Virus record (IMG/VR): IMGVR_UViG_3300020473_000023 | Coordinates: 32,001 to 96,000 of that record | Source of the DNA: a virus | Length of the DNA: 64,000 nucleotides | Strand: one strand, 5' to 3' | Shown here: in pieces, positions 17,669 through 27,634 of the stretch | Numbering within the stretch: position 1 is the stretch's first letter | Layout: each line of letters starts with the position of its first letter | Notes under the pieces: generated by a model | What the model was told of the DNA's origin: nothing | The model's input: the letters and a program-made list of their open reading frames with translations, nothing else | Databases searched by the model: none | Made by a program: the position numbers and the translations under genes

Positions 17669-18367
17669 CTAATTTCTCATCAGCTGCTTCAGCCGAGATC
17701 TAACTTCTGAAAGGTCTTGGCCGGCGCCCGCTTTAATTGGTGGAGATGTATCTTCTTCTCCCGGGGCAGGCTCTTCTTCTCTCCGATCTTCTTCGGGCTC
17801 TTCTTCAGATCCATCTGATTCTCCGCTAGATACATCAATAGAGGCTGGGGGTTCGGAGGGATCCTGGGCTTCTGTTCCTGAAACTTGACTTCGCATGAGT
17901 TGGTCAACTGTAGCTAGATATCCGAGAAGAAGCTCTTTCTCACTATCATCTAGTCGGTCAAGCCACGCTTCCATGTCCTGCTTTACTTCCTTTCCTTTGA
18001 GAGAGGGTGCAGCTCGAATATCATTAATCTGATCTCTGATCTTGTAATATGTTACGTCTGGAGATGTTTCAATCTGTTCTTCCTCGTCGCCTGCGGGCTC
18101 GGGTTCTCCCCCTTCTTCATCTCCTTCAGGCTCGGAGAGATCTGAGCCTTCTTCGTCAGCGGGAGGGTCTTCCCCTTCATCTTCTTCACCCGCTTCCTCT
18201 TCTTCCTGCTCTGATATCTCTCCGTACTTTCTAAGATCGTCTTGGATTCTTTTTGACATCGCCTCTTGGCGCTGTTTGAGAACACCCTCCCTGCCTTCGC
18301 TCTCTTCTTGAAGAATTGTTAAGAAACTCTCAAGTTGAGATGCATTCCCTATTCTAAAGATGCTCAC
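17669..18367 (-). CDS. Acidic hypothetical protein (internal head/scaffold-like)
   Basis: LESFLTILQEE leader, E/P-rich linkers. Confidence 0.6.
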   Translation of the reverse strand: MSIFRIGNASQLESFLTILQEESEGREGVLKQRQEAMSKRIQDDLRKYGEISEQEEEEAGEEDEGEDPPADEEGSDLSEPEGDEEGGEPEPAGDEEEQIETSPDVTYYKIRDQINDIRAAPSLKGKEVKQDMEAWLDRLDDSEKELLLGYLATVDQLMRSQVSGTEAQDPSEPPASIDVSSGESDGSEEEPEEDRREEEPAPGEEDTSPPIKAGAGQDLSEVRSRLKQLMRN

Positions 18368-18558
18368 TTCTTTCTCCCATACTTAATGGTATTTTGCCAT
18401 CTCTCCCTATAGAGCTTATTATACCTTCTCTGGGGTGTTTCCTCAATTTTTTCAAGATCTTCCTTTGGCATTTGCTTAGCAGCATTTTCTCTCTTAACGA
18501 TATCCTTGATAAACTTATCAAACTTAAACTTGCTCATTTTTTCTGCCCTCCAAGACAT
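18364..18558 (-). CDS. Hypothetical protein
   Basis: Coupled ORF. Confidence 0.5.
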   Translation of the reverse strand: MSWRAEKMSKFKFDKFIKDIVKRENAAKQMPKEDLEKIEETPQRRYNKLYRERWQNTIKYGRKK

Positions 18559-18569
18559 TATTAACTATT

Positions 18570-18923
18570 TCAATCAAGACAAATAGTCAACTCAACATTG
18601 TGATCATATGAAGATAAATTTACCTTAACGCCTGTGTTTTCTAAATTAATTTTCTCAAAGCTTAGCAAATTTAAGTCACCATGCTTAACGTACAGTGATC
18701 CTTTAAGATTGCCTCTCACAAGAAGCTTAACAAGCTCTGTTGTTGAATTAAATGAAATTTTAACTTTTTTTTCTGCTCTTGCAAATTCATTAATTTCAAA
18801 TGAAAATGCTCTGTTGTCAATAAAGATCTGACCAATGAACAAAGTGCTAGCGTCAGTTGCATCTCCAGATAAACATCTTGGATCAATCTTTCCTACAAGA
18901 GAGTCGCTCATCATAACAGTCAT
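18570..18923 (-). CDS. Hypothetical protein
   Basis: ATGA-coupled ORF. Confidence 0.55.
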   Translation of the reverse strand: MTVMMSDSLVGKIDPRCLSGDATDASTLFIGQIFIDNRAFSFEINEFARAEKKVKISFNSTTELVKLLVRGNLKGSLYVKHGDLNLLSFEKINLENTGVKVNLSSYDHNVELTICLD

Positions 18924-19348
18924 AGCTGATCCTCACCTTGCTGGTCGGAAATATAAAAGTCTTGAATATCTCTGTATAAATTGTCACAAAAGCCAGCCAG
19001 CTCTTTATCCAGCTCTGTAACCTCATTAACATTATGTGTATAAGTTTCAATCTTAACATCGCTACCTTCGATAATAATTCTGGCATGATGTCCCATTTCC
19101 TCTTGCTCAAAGATTAAGTGTGTCACAAAATCTTTTACCATTCTAGGATCGTTAAAGGAAAACACCCGAGTTAATCTTTCAACCTCGCCGTCGCTTACAA
19201 CCATCCACTCAGACCTGCTAACAGCAACAGGAAGCTCTCCGATCACACCGGGAGAAAGATTTCCTAAAATTGAATCTATTCCTTTCATTTTCATATCACT
19301 CTCCTCCTGCAAGATTGACCTTCCAACAACTTCTAAGAGTGACTGCAT
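18920..19348 (-). CDS. Pterin-4-alpha-carbinolamine dehydratase-like (PhhB/PCD)
   Basis: W...LTRVFSFND...FV...EEMGHH...THNVNEVTELD...A pattern. Confidence 0.8.
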   Translation of the reverse strand: MQSLLEVVGRSILQEESDMKMKGIDSILGNLSPGVIGELPVAVSRSEWMVVSDGEVERLTRVFSFNDPRMVKDFVTHLIFEQEEMGHHARIIIEGSDVKIETYTHNVNEVTELDKELAGFCDNLYRDIQDFYISDQQGEDQL

Positions 19349-19373
19349 TAGAATATCCCCTGTAGTATTATAC

Positions 19374-21068
19374 TCAAACTTCCGGATTACTTAAAGCTTT
19401 TTGAATGGAATTCTTAACCTTGGCTGGTTCCTCAATCCTTTGAGCGTACTGTTGAGCAAGCGCGGTAGAATTAGCTGGATCAGCCGACCAAGCTCGAGCT
19501 CTTTCTAGTGCTTGTGAGAATTGAATCGGTGTCATTCCAGCTGCAATCTTTGCCTTAGCAGATTTTGAATTTGGACTAGTCTCTCCAATTAGCATCTTTG
19601 CAAATACTTGCTTGGGGTCTTGAATTCCCATTTCTGAGAGTATGACTCCCGCCTGTACCTTCCACGCCTTTAAGAAATCATTGACAAAGGGTTGAAAGAA
19701 TATTAGTTTAAAGTAAGTCCTAAAGTGATCGCCCGACATCTCAGGAGCTATTCTTGATGACCTAACAATCTGATTGACCTGATTTCTATCAACTCCCAAA
19801 CTAAAAGATCTCATTCCTCGCTTAAACGTTTGAAGAGCTCTTCCTTTAATTGTTTCCATGACGTCAGGAGGAATTGCCATACTTTCAAGATAATACTTAA
19901 TCATCGGCTTAAAGGCAAACTGTCTAGCACCTGCTGCTGATGCAAACCCCTCTTCCTTTGCTATTTGCGTCCAGAGATCTGATAGATCTTTTGGTGCAGC
20001 AACGACTTCTTCTTCCTCTGCAGCATCTTGAGCTCGAAGGGCTTGAATTTCCCTTTCTGATTCTCTTCTTGCTCTAAGTTCTTCAGCTGCACCCGATTTA
20101 GATAAGATCATCTGTGCCATTTCTTGATATGCATTAATCATATTCTGGTCTGTCTCAGATTCAGATCTTCTAACTAGTTCAGCGGCAACGTCTTCTTGTG
20201 TGGCTGGCGGCGCCATCCACTCACCTGTTTGTGAGTCTTTTTCACCCTTGAGCATCCTAAGAGCTATCTGATCAACAGCTTTATTTGCATCAAGCTGCTC
20301 TTGACTCCAGTCAGTGGGAGGGGGCTCTGACTGTACCGGTGTCACGGACTTCATAACAGCCTGTGTCACTCCGTGCCTAACCATATCAATTTGATCTGGT
20401 GTAAGATTGTATCTGCTAAAAATTTGAGAAACCGCAGGATCAACATCGGCAGGACCTATCTTTTGACGGAGCTGGATTTGCATCATATCGGGTGACTGAG
20501 GCCTTTGTCCGGTTCCTCCTAGAACTTTTCCGACTGTTGTGTATCCAAAGTTTATGGATCTTAAATGGTCTAATACACCTTGAATAGCATCTTCAACAGA
20601 GGGAGCATCATCCTGCTCTGCAAGAAGCCTACGAATTGACTCTCTTATCTGATCTTCGGCTGACTTCTTTTCAAACTTTTCTAAATCAGGGCTATAGTCT
20701 ATAAGCCTTACACCGCTGCTCCCGTCAAGATCTCCTCGAAGTCTGGCTTCCTCTCTATCTAGTGCCTTATCAAGAAGCTTATGAAGCTGCCTATAGTAGT
20801 ACTCAATCTGGTGAGAAGGAACTTCTCTTGCAATAACAGAGGCTGAATTTCCAAGCTCAACTGATGAAGCGGGGATAAATTCTGGGTCTTCAACCGGTGG
20901 TTCGTCAACAGAAAGCTGAACTGCCATCTGCTCTCTTGGGACTATTGGTTCGTCTTCATCGTCTTTGGCAGGAATTTCAGAAATATTTGCAGTATGAAAA
21001 CTTCTTTCTTCATTAACCATTGACTTAATAAAGTCTTCTAGAGCCCTTCTATCAATAATTACATTCAT
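19374..21068 (-). CDS. Large leader-bearing hypothetical protein
   Basis: RALEDFIKSMVNEE, EDQIRESIRRLLAEQ. Upstream ATATTTAT (21086..21093). Confidence 0.65.
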   Translation of the reverse strand: MNVIIDRRALEDFIKSMVNEERSFHTANISEIPAKDDEDEPIVPREQMAVQLSVDEPPVEDPEFIPASSVELGNSASVIAREVPSHQIEYYYRQLHKLLDKALDREEARLRGDLDGSSGVRLIDYSPDLEKFEKKSAEDQIRESIRRLLAEQDDAPSVEDAIQGVLDHLRSINFGYTTVGKVLGGTGQRPQSPDMMQIQLRQKIGPADVDPAVSQIFSRYNLTPDQIDMVRHGVTQAVMKSVTPVQSEPPPTDWSQEQLDANKAVDQIALRMLKGEKDSQTGEWMAPPATQEDVAAELVRRSESETDQNMINAYQEMAQMILSKSGAAEELRARRESEREIQALRAQDAAEEEEVVAAPKDLSDLWTQIAKEEGFASAAGARQFAFKPMIKYYLESMAIPPDVMETIKGRALQTFKRGMRSFSLGVDRNQVNQIVRSSRIAPEMSGDHFRTYFKLIFFQPFVNDFLKAWKVQAGVILSEMGIQDPKQVFAKMLIGETSPNSKSAKAKIAAGMTPIQFSQALERARAWSADPANSTALAQQYAQRIEEPAKVKNSIQKALSNPEV

Positions 21069-21104
21069 ATTCTAACCCTCAAAGGATAAATATGGACCAA
21101 TGGT

Positions 21105-21566
21105 TTAATTTGCTGACGAAGAGATTGAATTTAAAATCCAAACTGATAGTGCAGTCATCCCTATCCCAGCTGCTGTCCCGACGCCGAACCAAACAGCGTT
21201 CTTATTTCCCGAAGCTCTCCTCAGTCTATCATATAAAAAGTTCACTTCTTCACGCTTGATATTCATGTGCATATCATATCTTTCCTGACATGCATTGGAA
21301 GAGATCTCTGACCTTTCTATTTGAAGATTTAGCTCAGCCTCCCTTAGCCCGACCTCTCTATCGATCCTTATCTGGCATGCAGCATCTTGATTTTCTAACT
21401 GAACAAGTATGTCAGCTGCTGCCCTTGTGCTAAAAAGTGTACCATCAAAGGGTGCAACCTCACCCTCTTCAATTGACACTATGACTGCCCCTACTTCGTC
21501 ATCTGCCTGTGCGGTTGAAGAGAAGATCCCAAGTGAAAGAAGAACCATCAGAGATCTTAATAACAT
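21105..21566 (-). CDS. Secreted coiled-coil protein with C-terminal TM helix
   Basis: Signal peptide ending AQA, GEVAPFDG, C-terminal hydrophobic helix. Confidence 0.6.
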   Translation of the reverse strand: MLLRSLMVLLSLGIFSSTAQADDEVGAVIVSIEEGEVAPFDGTLFSTRAAADILVQLENQDAACQIRIDREVGLREAELNLQIERSEISSNACQERYDMHMNIKREEVNFLYDRLRRASGNKNAVWFGVGTAAGIGMTALSVWILNSISSSAN

Positions 21567-21569
21567 TTT

Positions 21570-21980
21570 TTACTCCACATGAATTTCAAATCCAGTAAGC
21601 TCAGAGAGTCTTCTCGTAATTTCATCTGGATCTTTTTTATTTTTCTTGACTAGAGACTCTATTTCCTTCTTCTTCTTTTCATCGAGTTCTTGATTTGATT
21701 TCTCATATTCCTCCTCGACTTTTTTCATAGTCTCAATCATTCTATCTTCTGCTTTCTTGAGCTCTTCTTTTTCATTTTCATGTATATCCTGTAACGCTTT
21801 CATCTCTTGTTCATGAAGCTTTCTAGAATTTTCCAGAACCTTTGACATTGAAGATGTCTTTGCTCTCTGCGTCGCATACACAAAAATGACCAGAATGGCG
21901 CCTAGAACAAGCTCCCAATGTGCTTTAATCCATATCCAAGATTTCTTAAGATAGTATTTTAGCCTTAACCATGTCAGCAT
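21570..21980 (-). CDS. Membrane-anchored coiled-coil protein (i-spanin-like architecture)
   Basis: N-terminal TM LVLGAILVIFVYA followed by a charged coiled coil. Confidence 0.5.
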   Translation of the reverse strand: MLTWLRLKYYLKKSWIWIKAHWELVLGAILVIFVYATQRAKTSSMSKVLENSRKLHEQEMKALQDIHENEKEELKKAEDRMIETMKKVEEEYEKSNQELDEKKKKEIESLVKKNKKDPDEITRRLSELTGFEIHVE

Positions 21981-21982
21981 TT

Positions 21983-22228
21983 CTAACCATTCTTTCCATG
22001 CTTCCATGAAATCGCAGCGTCAATAACTGTTTGACCGCCAATATAGATCATTGCAATCATACCCCAAGAGTCAGCATCTAAAAAATTATAAACAAGTAAT
22101 CCTGTGGCTGCTAAAAACACAAAGAACTTTCTTGAGATTAGTCGTCCCATTATCCTATCCAGAAAGCCAAGTTTTTCACCTTCTGCTATCGCCTTAACTT
22201 CTCTCATGACAATTTCATCATCACCCAT
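21983..22228 (-). CDS. Holin-like two-TM protein
   Basis: SRKFFV...TM, TM...YIGGQTVID. Confidence 0.5.
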   Translation of the reverse strand: MGDDEIVMREVKAIAEGEKLGFLDRIMGRLISRKFFVFLAATGLLVYNFLDADSWGMIAMIYIGGQTVIDAAISWKHGKNG

Positions 22229-22239
22229 AGTATCTCTCC

Positions 22240-22566
22240 TTAATGAAATATATCATCATCGTCAACTTTGTGAAATGAATAATCACTTTCCATATCTTCT
22301 ATGGATATTTCTGTTAGGTCTGAATTGCTAAAATTCTTTATTCTATCTACCTCTAGGGTAAGCTCTTTTTGAACTGAAGTTAATCCGTACTGATTGACAG
22401 CGACCTGCTGAATGACTTCACTGTGGATGTCTTGAATCTTAGAAATTTTTACTATAATTTCTGAAATTGAATCTATGTGACTGGAGTCTTCAATAATCTT
22501 TGAGAACTTCTTTGGCTTCATTGAAAAAAGCTTCCATAAATTTCTTAAAAAATAAAAAAGTCTCAT
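22240..22566 (-). CDS. Hypothetical protein
   Basis: Packed ORF. Confidence 0.5.
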   Translation of the reverse strand: MRLFYFLRNLWKLFSMKPKKFSKIIEDSSHIDSISEIIVKISKIQDIHSEVIQQVAVNQYGLTSVQKELTLEVDRIKNFSNSDLTEISIEDMESDYSFHKVDDDDIFH

Positions 22567-22569
22567 ACA

Positions 22570-22857
22570 CTACTCCGAAGACAGAGGGTTGTCTGTCTCA
22601 ATCACACTAAATATTGACTCTGCATCAGTGTCAGAAAGCCTTCCAATTGCCTTATCTCTCTTCTTTTTTTGAATTTCTTCAAGTATGTCAATCATATCTG
22701 GATTTGCCACTGCAATTCTTTGAACTATCTCTTCAAGAACCTCTTGCATTGAAAGGCTATGCTTAAAGCATGCAATTCTAAAATGCGAATGGGTCTCTCG
22801 CAACAGGGAAAAGTGAACTGACTTCTTTGTTTCAAAATCAATAAGCTTATCATTCAT
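22570..22857 (-). CDS. Ribbon-helix-helix-like DNA-binding protein
   Basis: KSVHFSL strand followed by two helices (SMQEVLEEIV). Confidence 0.5.
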   Translation of the reverse strand: MNDKLIDFETKKSVHFSLLRETHSHFRIACFKHSLSMQEVLEEIVQRIAVANPDMIDILEEIQKKKRDKAIGRLSDTDAESIFSVIETDNPLSSE

Positions 22858-22866
22858 CTCAAGTCA

Positions 22867-23475
22867 CTAGTCTCCGCCAGTAGCGGGCAAGCCTTCAGGG
22901 TCACCAATAGCACCGATTCCTGGCTCTCTCCCACCAGCAAGTGCAGAAGCAGGTTCTCTAATAGGGGCTATATTGAAATCAAAGTTTGTATCTAGAATAT
23001 TTTTAAATTCATCTATATAACCTTGGTCATAATTTTCGTCTAAGAAGTTAATAGCTCTATTTATTATAACAGTAGGGATATCTAGTCTAGCTCGGTATCC
23101 CAAGGCTAGTTGGGCAACTTTTTTAGTAAAAGAGTCAATATTCATTGCAGGACGCTTGGCAGGCTCTACAGGAGCAGATACATCGATATCTTCGCTTCCG
23201 ACGGGATCTTCAACTCCTGGGTCTTCCGGGGCTAGATTTTCATCTTGCTCAAATAGAAATGCTGATAGATTAAGATTGCTCAATGACTCAGTGACAAGAT
23301 CATCTGAGCTGACTATTGAACTAGCCTCGAAGTCAATCATGTGTGAGTCAATTTGATCGTCAACTGAATCCATAGACAGCCTGACTTTTGTCGAAGCATC
23401 TGCCATTGAAACAGGTTGATTTTCTTCATCCTGCTCTAGGATCATCTTCCTAAGATCATTAATTGAAATTTTCAT
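22867..23475 (-). CDS. Acidic leader-bearing hypothetical protein
   Basis: MKISINDLRKMILEQ, FLFEQ. Confidence 0.6.
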   Translation of the reverse strand: MKISINDLRKMILEQDEENQPVSMADASTKVRLSMDSVDDQIDSHMIDFEASSIVSSDDLVTESLSNLNLSAFLFEQDENLAPEDPGVEDPVGSEDIDVSAPVEPAKRPAMNIDSFTKKVAQLALGYRARLDIPTVIINRAINFLDENYDQGYIDEFKNILDTNFDFNIAPIREPASALAGGREPGIGAIGDPEGLPATGGD

Positions 23476-24203
23476 GAGAACCTCAGTGCTTGTGCAATCT
23501 TTTCTGCTCTTTCAAACCTTGACTCAATTACAGGCCAGTTGAGCTGTTTCATCATTCCATAGGTATATGTCTTAGCATCCTTAAGATAATCTCTATAATA
23601 TGCATGCTGCCAAACGTCCATCACTATAATCGGATATCCGCCAAATGGAACATTTAGACTGTGAAGGTCAACAATAGTATTGACATACCTTTGCAAGTAT
23701 GTATTAAAATAGGTCACAGCCCAGCCGCAGCGAGATGCCATACAGCAAGCTATAAAATCTTTTTGCCAGGCATCGAACGTTCCAAAGTCACGCTCCAGCC
23801 TCATATATGCCAAAGAGTCCATTCCGATTTGACTGTGTAGATCGCTAATATTTGCAAAATAAAGCTCATGCAAATAAATGGCATTCATGTTATATGTTTC
23901 ATCAATCTTAAGTGCTCTGTACTGAGAATGATTTGAGCTTACCTCTTCTCTATTTGCTGAGTCCAGCTGAGCACTGATTTTATTGAAATCATCAATGTAT
24001 TGCTCGTAAAGCTCAAGATGGTTTGTCTTATTTTGCTTACTTAAAAGCTCAGTGGGCAAATTAAACACCTTGTCTTGAGCGACATATGCTTCTTTGACTA
24101 AATTATTTCCCGGAATATCAGTCTCAGCATCAGTAGTGGGTTCTTCTTTATCAATTCCCAGGGTTTCTCTTATGTTCTTAATGATTTCTTCTTCTGTGAT
24201 CAT
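23472..24203 (-). CDS. Fe/Mn superoxide dismutase-like protein with N-terminal extension
   Basis: NHLELY, LHELYF, FGTFDAW, GWA, DVWQHAYY. Confidence 0.85.
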   Translation of the reverse strand: MITEEEIIKNIRETLGIDKEEPTTDAETDIPGNNLVKEAYVAQDKVFNLPTELLSKQNKTNHLELYEQYIDDFNKISAQLDSANREEVSSNHSQYRALKIDETYNMNAIYLHELYFANISDLHSQIGMDSLAYMRLERDFGTFDAWQKDFIACCMASRCGWAVTYFNTYLQRYVNTIVDLHSLNVPFGGYPIIVMDVWQHAYYRDYLKDAKTYTYGMMKQLNWPVIESRFERAEKIAQALRFS

Positions 24204-24208
24204 TGAAA

Positions 24209-24505
24209 CTACATCCTTTCATATTTAGAAATATCTGATGAAGGTATGGCATAATAGTCACCGTTTTCATCATCTTTAACTATTAAGACAGCCCCATCGG
24301 GTCGATCCAATAGCTTAACACAGGTGTAAGTATATCCTGAGTCTTTGTTTCGTATCTTAAACCCCTTGCTTATTAGGGAGGTTCTATCGTCTCCCACACC
24401 TGCAAATAGGGAAATACCATCCCCTTCGGAGATATCAGAGTCTTTCTTCTTTCTTTCAGACTCTATTATTTTTAAAATATTGCTTTTAGACAAGACAGTT
24501 GTCAC
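24209..24505 (-). CDS. Hypothetical protein
   Basis: GTG start with SD GGAG, SNILKIIESE leader. Confidence 0.55.
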   Translation of the reverse strand: MTTVLSKSNILKIIESERKKKDSDISEGDGISLFAGVGDDRTSLISKGFKIRNKDSGYTYTCVKLLDRPDGAVLIVKDDENGDYYAIPSSDISKYERM

Positions 24506-24526
24506 CTAAATTCTCCAAGATATAAA

Positions 24527-24946
24527 TTAATTATCATCCTTAGAGATAAACTTAACTACTTCTATCTCAGCATCTCTTAAGATTTCTAAAGAAGTTAAGT
24601 CCCTATAGTCTTCTGAATATACCACAGTAGAGATTCCTGAGTTGACAATTGCTTTTGCGCACATCCTGCACGGGCTTAGGGTGACATACATAATCTTCTT
24701 TTTAGGGTTGTTATAATCCATCTTAAGAAGGGCGTTAATTTCAGCATGAATCATTCCCGACTCTCCTGGAGAAGATGACTCTACTTCATTCGGGCCCCCC
24801 ATATAGTTTCCATTATATCCGACAGCAAGAACTTGAGTATTATCATCTGTCACAACAACAGCCCCCACTTGGTGCCTTTGATCAACCGATCTTCTTGCTA
24901 TTGAATAGGAAAAATCCATCCATATCTGGTGCCACGTAGGTCTCAT
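24527..24946 (-). CDS. dCMP deaminase (ComEB-like)
   Basis: VGAV, GYNG, HAEINA, PCRMC. Probable start MRPTW at 24946. Confidence 0.92.
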   Translation of the reverse strand: MRPTWHQIWMDFSYSIARRSVDQRHQVGAVVVTDDNTQVLAVGYNGNYMGGPNEVESSSPGESGMIHAEINALLKMDYNNPKKKIMYVTLSPCRMCAKAIVNSGISTVVYSEDYRDLTSLEILRDAEIEVVKFISKDDN

Positions 24947-24959
24947 TTGTCTTCCCTCT

Positions 24960-25634
24960 CTACAGTAAGTTAGAATAAATTGTAGAATAGCTTTTATTGT
25001 ATTTAAATTTTTCAAAATCCTTTTCATAAAATTTTAAAAATTCACTGAGCACATTTGGAAATCTTTCCCACGGAACTCTAATATCTGGAACGTCCTTAAG
25101 CGACACGTTCTCCCGAGGGAGAGAAGTTGATGGAGATATTATTTTTCTTCTCTGCAACTCAGACAAAAGTTCAGGTATTTGATCTTCTATCCTATACCAG
25201 TCTGTTCCTTCTCCGATAAATTCAAATTGGCTTCTAAAGTGATTATCATCTACCCCGGGTCCATTTTTAGGAATTACATTTTTAAAAAGATCTGTTACCC
25301 AGTCAATAAATCCCAGTGGGTGGGGATATTCAATTCCAAACTCTTTTGCCTGCTGCTTTGCTTTAGAAAATATTCTATCGTATGGGTTTCTAACAATAGT
25401 AAATTCATACTCCCACGTTCTATCCCAAAGATCCCTTAGGGCTCTATGCTGATGCTTGGACCGCTTATTGTCAGATACTTGAATCTCTCTAGACATTCTA
25501 GTCGGAAGAGGTCTATCTTTTTCAGCAATCTTCCACCCCTGGCTTTCGATCATCTTTCTAACAGAGCTTCCGCCAGCCTTTGGAATGTGAACAAATAAAA
25601 TTCTTCTTCCTTCACGTTCGTATATTGATGACAT
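24960..25634 (-). CDS. Sulfotransferase (Sulfotransfer_2 type)
   Basis: FVHIPKAGGSS (5'-PSB), VRNPYDRIFS (3'-PB), HFRSQ, YEKDF..F.Y. Confidence 0.85.
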   Translation of the reverse strand: MSSIYEREGRRILFVHIPKAGGSSVRKMIESQGWKIAEKDRPLPTRMSREIQVSDNKRSKHQHRALRDLWDRTWEYEFTIVRNPYDRIFSKAKQQAKEFGIEYPHPLGFIDWVTDLFKNVIPKNGPGVDDNHFRSQFEFIGEGTDWYRIEDQIPELLSELQRRKIISPSTSLPRENVSLKDVPDIRVPWERFPNVLSEFLKFYEKDFEKFKYNKSYSTIYSNLL

Positions 25635-26623
25635 TATTCCTCATCTTTAGATGACTCAATTTTATCTAAGATCTCTTCAACCTTGGCAACTGCCTCCTTG
25701 TCGCTCTCTTCTGCTAGAGCACTCTGAATTTTCTTAAGCTCTTCGCGAGCAGCTGAGGTGTCAACAGGCTCCTCTTCGACAGGCTCCTCTTCGGGGTCAA
25801 AGATATCATCAACACAAAGCTCGCCGCTTATCTGAAATCCTGCAGCTTTTTTGTGACCACCGCCTCCAAAACTCTTTGCAATCTCAGAAACATCAACTGC
25901 ATCATGAAAAGCCCTTAGGCTTACCTTGTTGATTCTATCCTCATGATCATAATACCATATAACAGCAAAGTCGCAATCAGGTGCAAGCCTAGCTCCGATC
26001 TCAGACATCCAGTGAGAAGAATTAACTACTATGACCTTCATTCCCTTATATTTTCTTACAACTGCCTTTTCACAAACCTTTTTAATGACTGTTTTACTAT
26101 AAGCAAGTATGTAAGATCCACGCTTAACAGCATCATCAAACACAGAATCATCTTCAAACTTCTCAAACTCTTCAAACTCGAATGGCACCATGTCAAATGC
26201 AGCACTAAACTCTTTTGAATAATCAAGCTCCCACTTCCAAAGATCTCGATCCTGAATATACTTGATAAACTTCGGCGGCTCTTTTCCTGGGTGAAACCAC
26301 TCCCATGCAAGCATTGCTCCGGATTTTGTCATATCAAAATGTGTGTTCGATATATCGTGAAGCTCTACCATCGCAGACTTATGGTGATCAATGACCAGCA
26401 ATGAGTTTGCTTCATCAATCATCTTCTTTGTCGTGGCATTGTCAAAGGAAAAATCTAAGATTACCACATTTTTTCCTTTGACATCTGGTGGAGGTGTGCC
26501 ATGTTTGCAAGCGTAGTATTCTGTTCTATTTCCTAAAAACTTCCAGGCTGAATAAGCCGCACCGAATCCGTCAGTACAGTTTGCATGGTAAATTACACAA
26601 TTCACACTGCTTGGTTCAATCAT
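25634..26623 (-). CDS. DHH/DHHA1 phosphoesterase (NrnB-like)
   Basis: YHANCTDG, ILDFS, DHH, GGGGHKKAAGF. Confidence 0.9.
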   Translation of the reverse strand: MIEPSSVNCVIYHANCTDGFGAAYSAWKFLGNRTEYYACKHGTPPPDVKGKNVVILDFSFDNATTKKMIDEANSLLVIDHHKSAMVELHDISNTHFDMTKSGAMLAWEWFHPGKEPPKFIKYIQDRDLWKWELDYSKEFSAAFDMVPFEFEEFEKFEDDSVFDDAVKRGSYILAYSKTVIKKVCEKAVVRKYKGMKVIVVNSSHWMSEIGARLAPDCDFAVIWYYDHEDRINKVSLRAFHDAVDVSEIAKSFGGGGHKKAAGFQISGELCVDDIFDPEEEPVEEEPVDTSAAREELKKIQSALAEESDKEAVAKVEEILDKIESSKDEE

Positions 26624-26658
26624 TTTTTACCCACCTGAAACAATAAGTTCATCAATAT

Positions 26659-27216
26659 CTATTTTGACTGATTCATAAAACTGTGATGAAACCAGGATCT
26701 TGGCTCATAGAGCTCAGAGCCACCGACAGTAATTTCATCAAGACCAGAAAGCTTTCTGTGTGTATAGTACGCATCCTGCCCGGAAATTGGACACACAGCG
26801 GGACAAACCTCAATCTTTGTTGCCCATGGCATCATGTCTCTAATTTCCTCAAAAACATTTCCACTAGCAGAAAGCTGAAGTGAAGATACTACAACAGTCT
26901 TTCCCTCTCTAAAGAGGGAGAGAAGTGCTGATGCAGAACCATCTATCATAAAAGCCTCATCTACGGCAATAACATGAATATTTTCTTTATCCTGTAGATA
27001 TTTTAATATATCTTCACCAGTTTTTACACATGTGGCTGAAATCTTTCCCCCTGAATGTGTACAGATCTCACCTAAAGAATACCTGTCGTCCATTGCAGGC
27101 TTAAAGCAGACAATATTTCTATTTTGATATCTAAATCGATCTAGAGTTGCCATAAGCCTGGTCGTCTTAGATCCAAACATGGGACCAGTAAAAATTATAA
27201 ATTCAGGAATTCTCAA
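26659..27216 (-). CDS. tdk: Thymidine kinase
   Basis: GPMFGSKTT, KP..DDRY, VDEA, VGG.E.YEP. Confidence 0.9.
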   Translation of the reverse strand: MRIPEFIIFTGPMFGSKTTRLMATLDRFRYQNRNIVCFKPAMDDRYSLGEICTHSGGKISATCVKTGEDILKYLQDKENIHVIAVDEAFMIDGSASALLSLFREGKTVVVSSLQLSASGNVFEEIRDMMPWATKIEVCPAVCPISGQDAYYTHRKLSGLDEITVGGSELYEPRSWFHHSFMNQSK

Positions 27217-27634
27217 CTATAACCTCCGCAAGGTGTGCAAATGACTTATCCTCTCTTCCATAGTCGTCAATAATTCTAATTACACTATGATTTCTAGTGT
27301 CCCCTATTTCAAATATTATTGAATCTACTTCGGCTGTTATTCTATATGGACACTCAGATTGAATATTTAAGCACTCACCTTGAGACAGCGTCATCTTTCT
27401 CATTGGATGATTTGAAGGGTCTTCAAAAAATCCCTGATCTGCACAGTCAACAGAAACTCTCCCTTGAACGACAAATAAAGTTTCTGTCTTAACTTTATTC
27501 ATTTTAAAACTTAGCCTCTTTCCAGCTTCAATGGTTAGAATTTTTCCATAAGCATTTGGTGCTGTCCATGAAACCTCTGTGCCCCACGGCTTTACGTGAT
27601 TGTTGGAGACACCTCCCCATATTGCCTTACTCAT
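27203..27634 (-). CDS. Cupin (mannose-6-phosphate isomerase type II C-terminal-like)
   Basis: KPWG, K.L.I.AGKRLS, RIIDDYGR. The usual metal-binding His residues appear substituted. Confidence 0.7.
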   Translation of the reverse strand: MSKAIWGGVSNNHVKPWGTEVSWTAPNAYGKILTIEAGKRLSFKMNKVKTETLFVVQGRVSVDCADQGFFEDPSNHPMRKMTLSQGECLNIQSECPYRITAEVDSIIFEIGDTRNHSVIRIIDDYGREDKSFAHLAEVIVENS

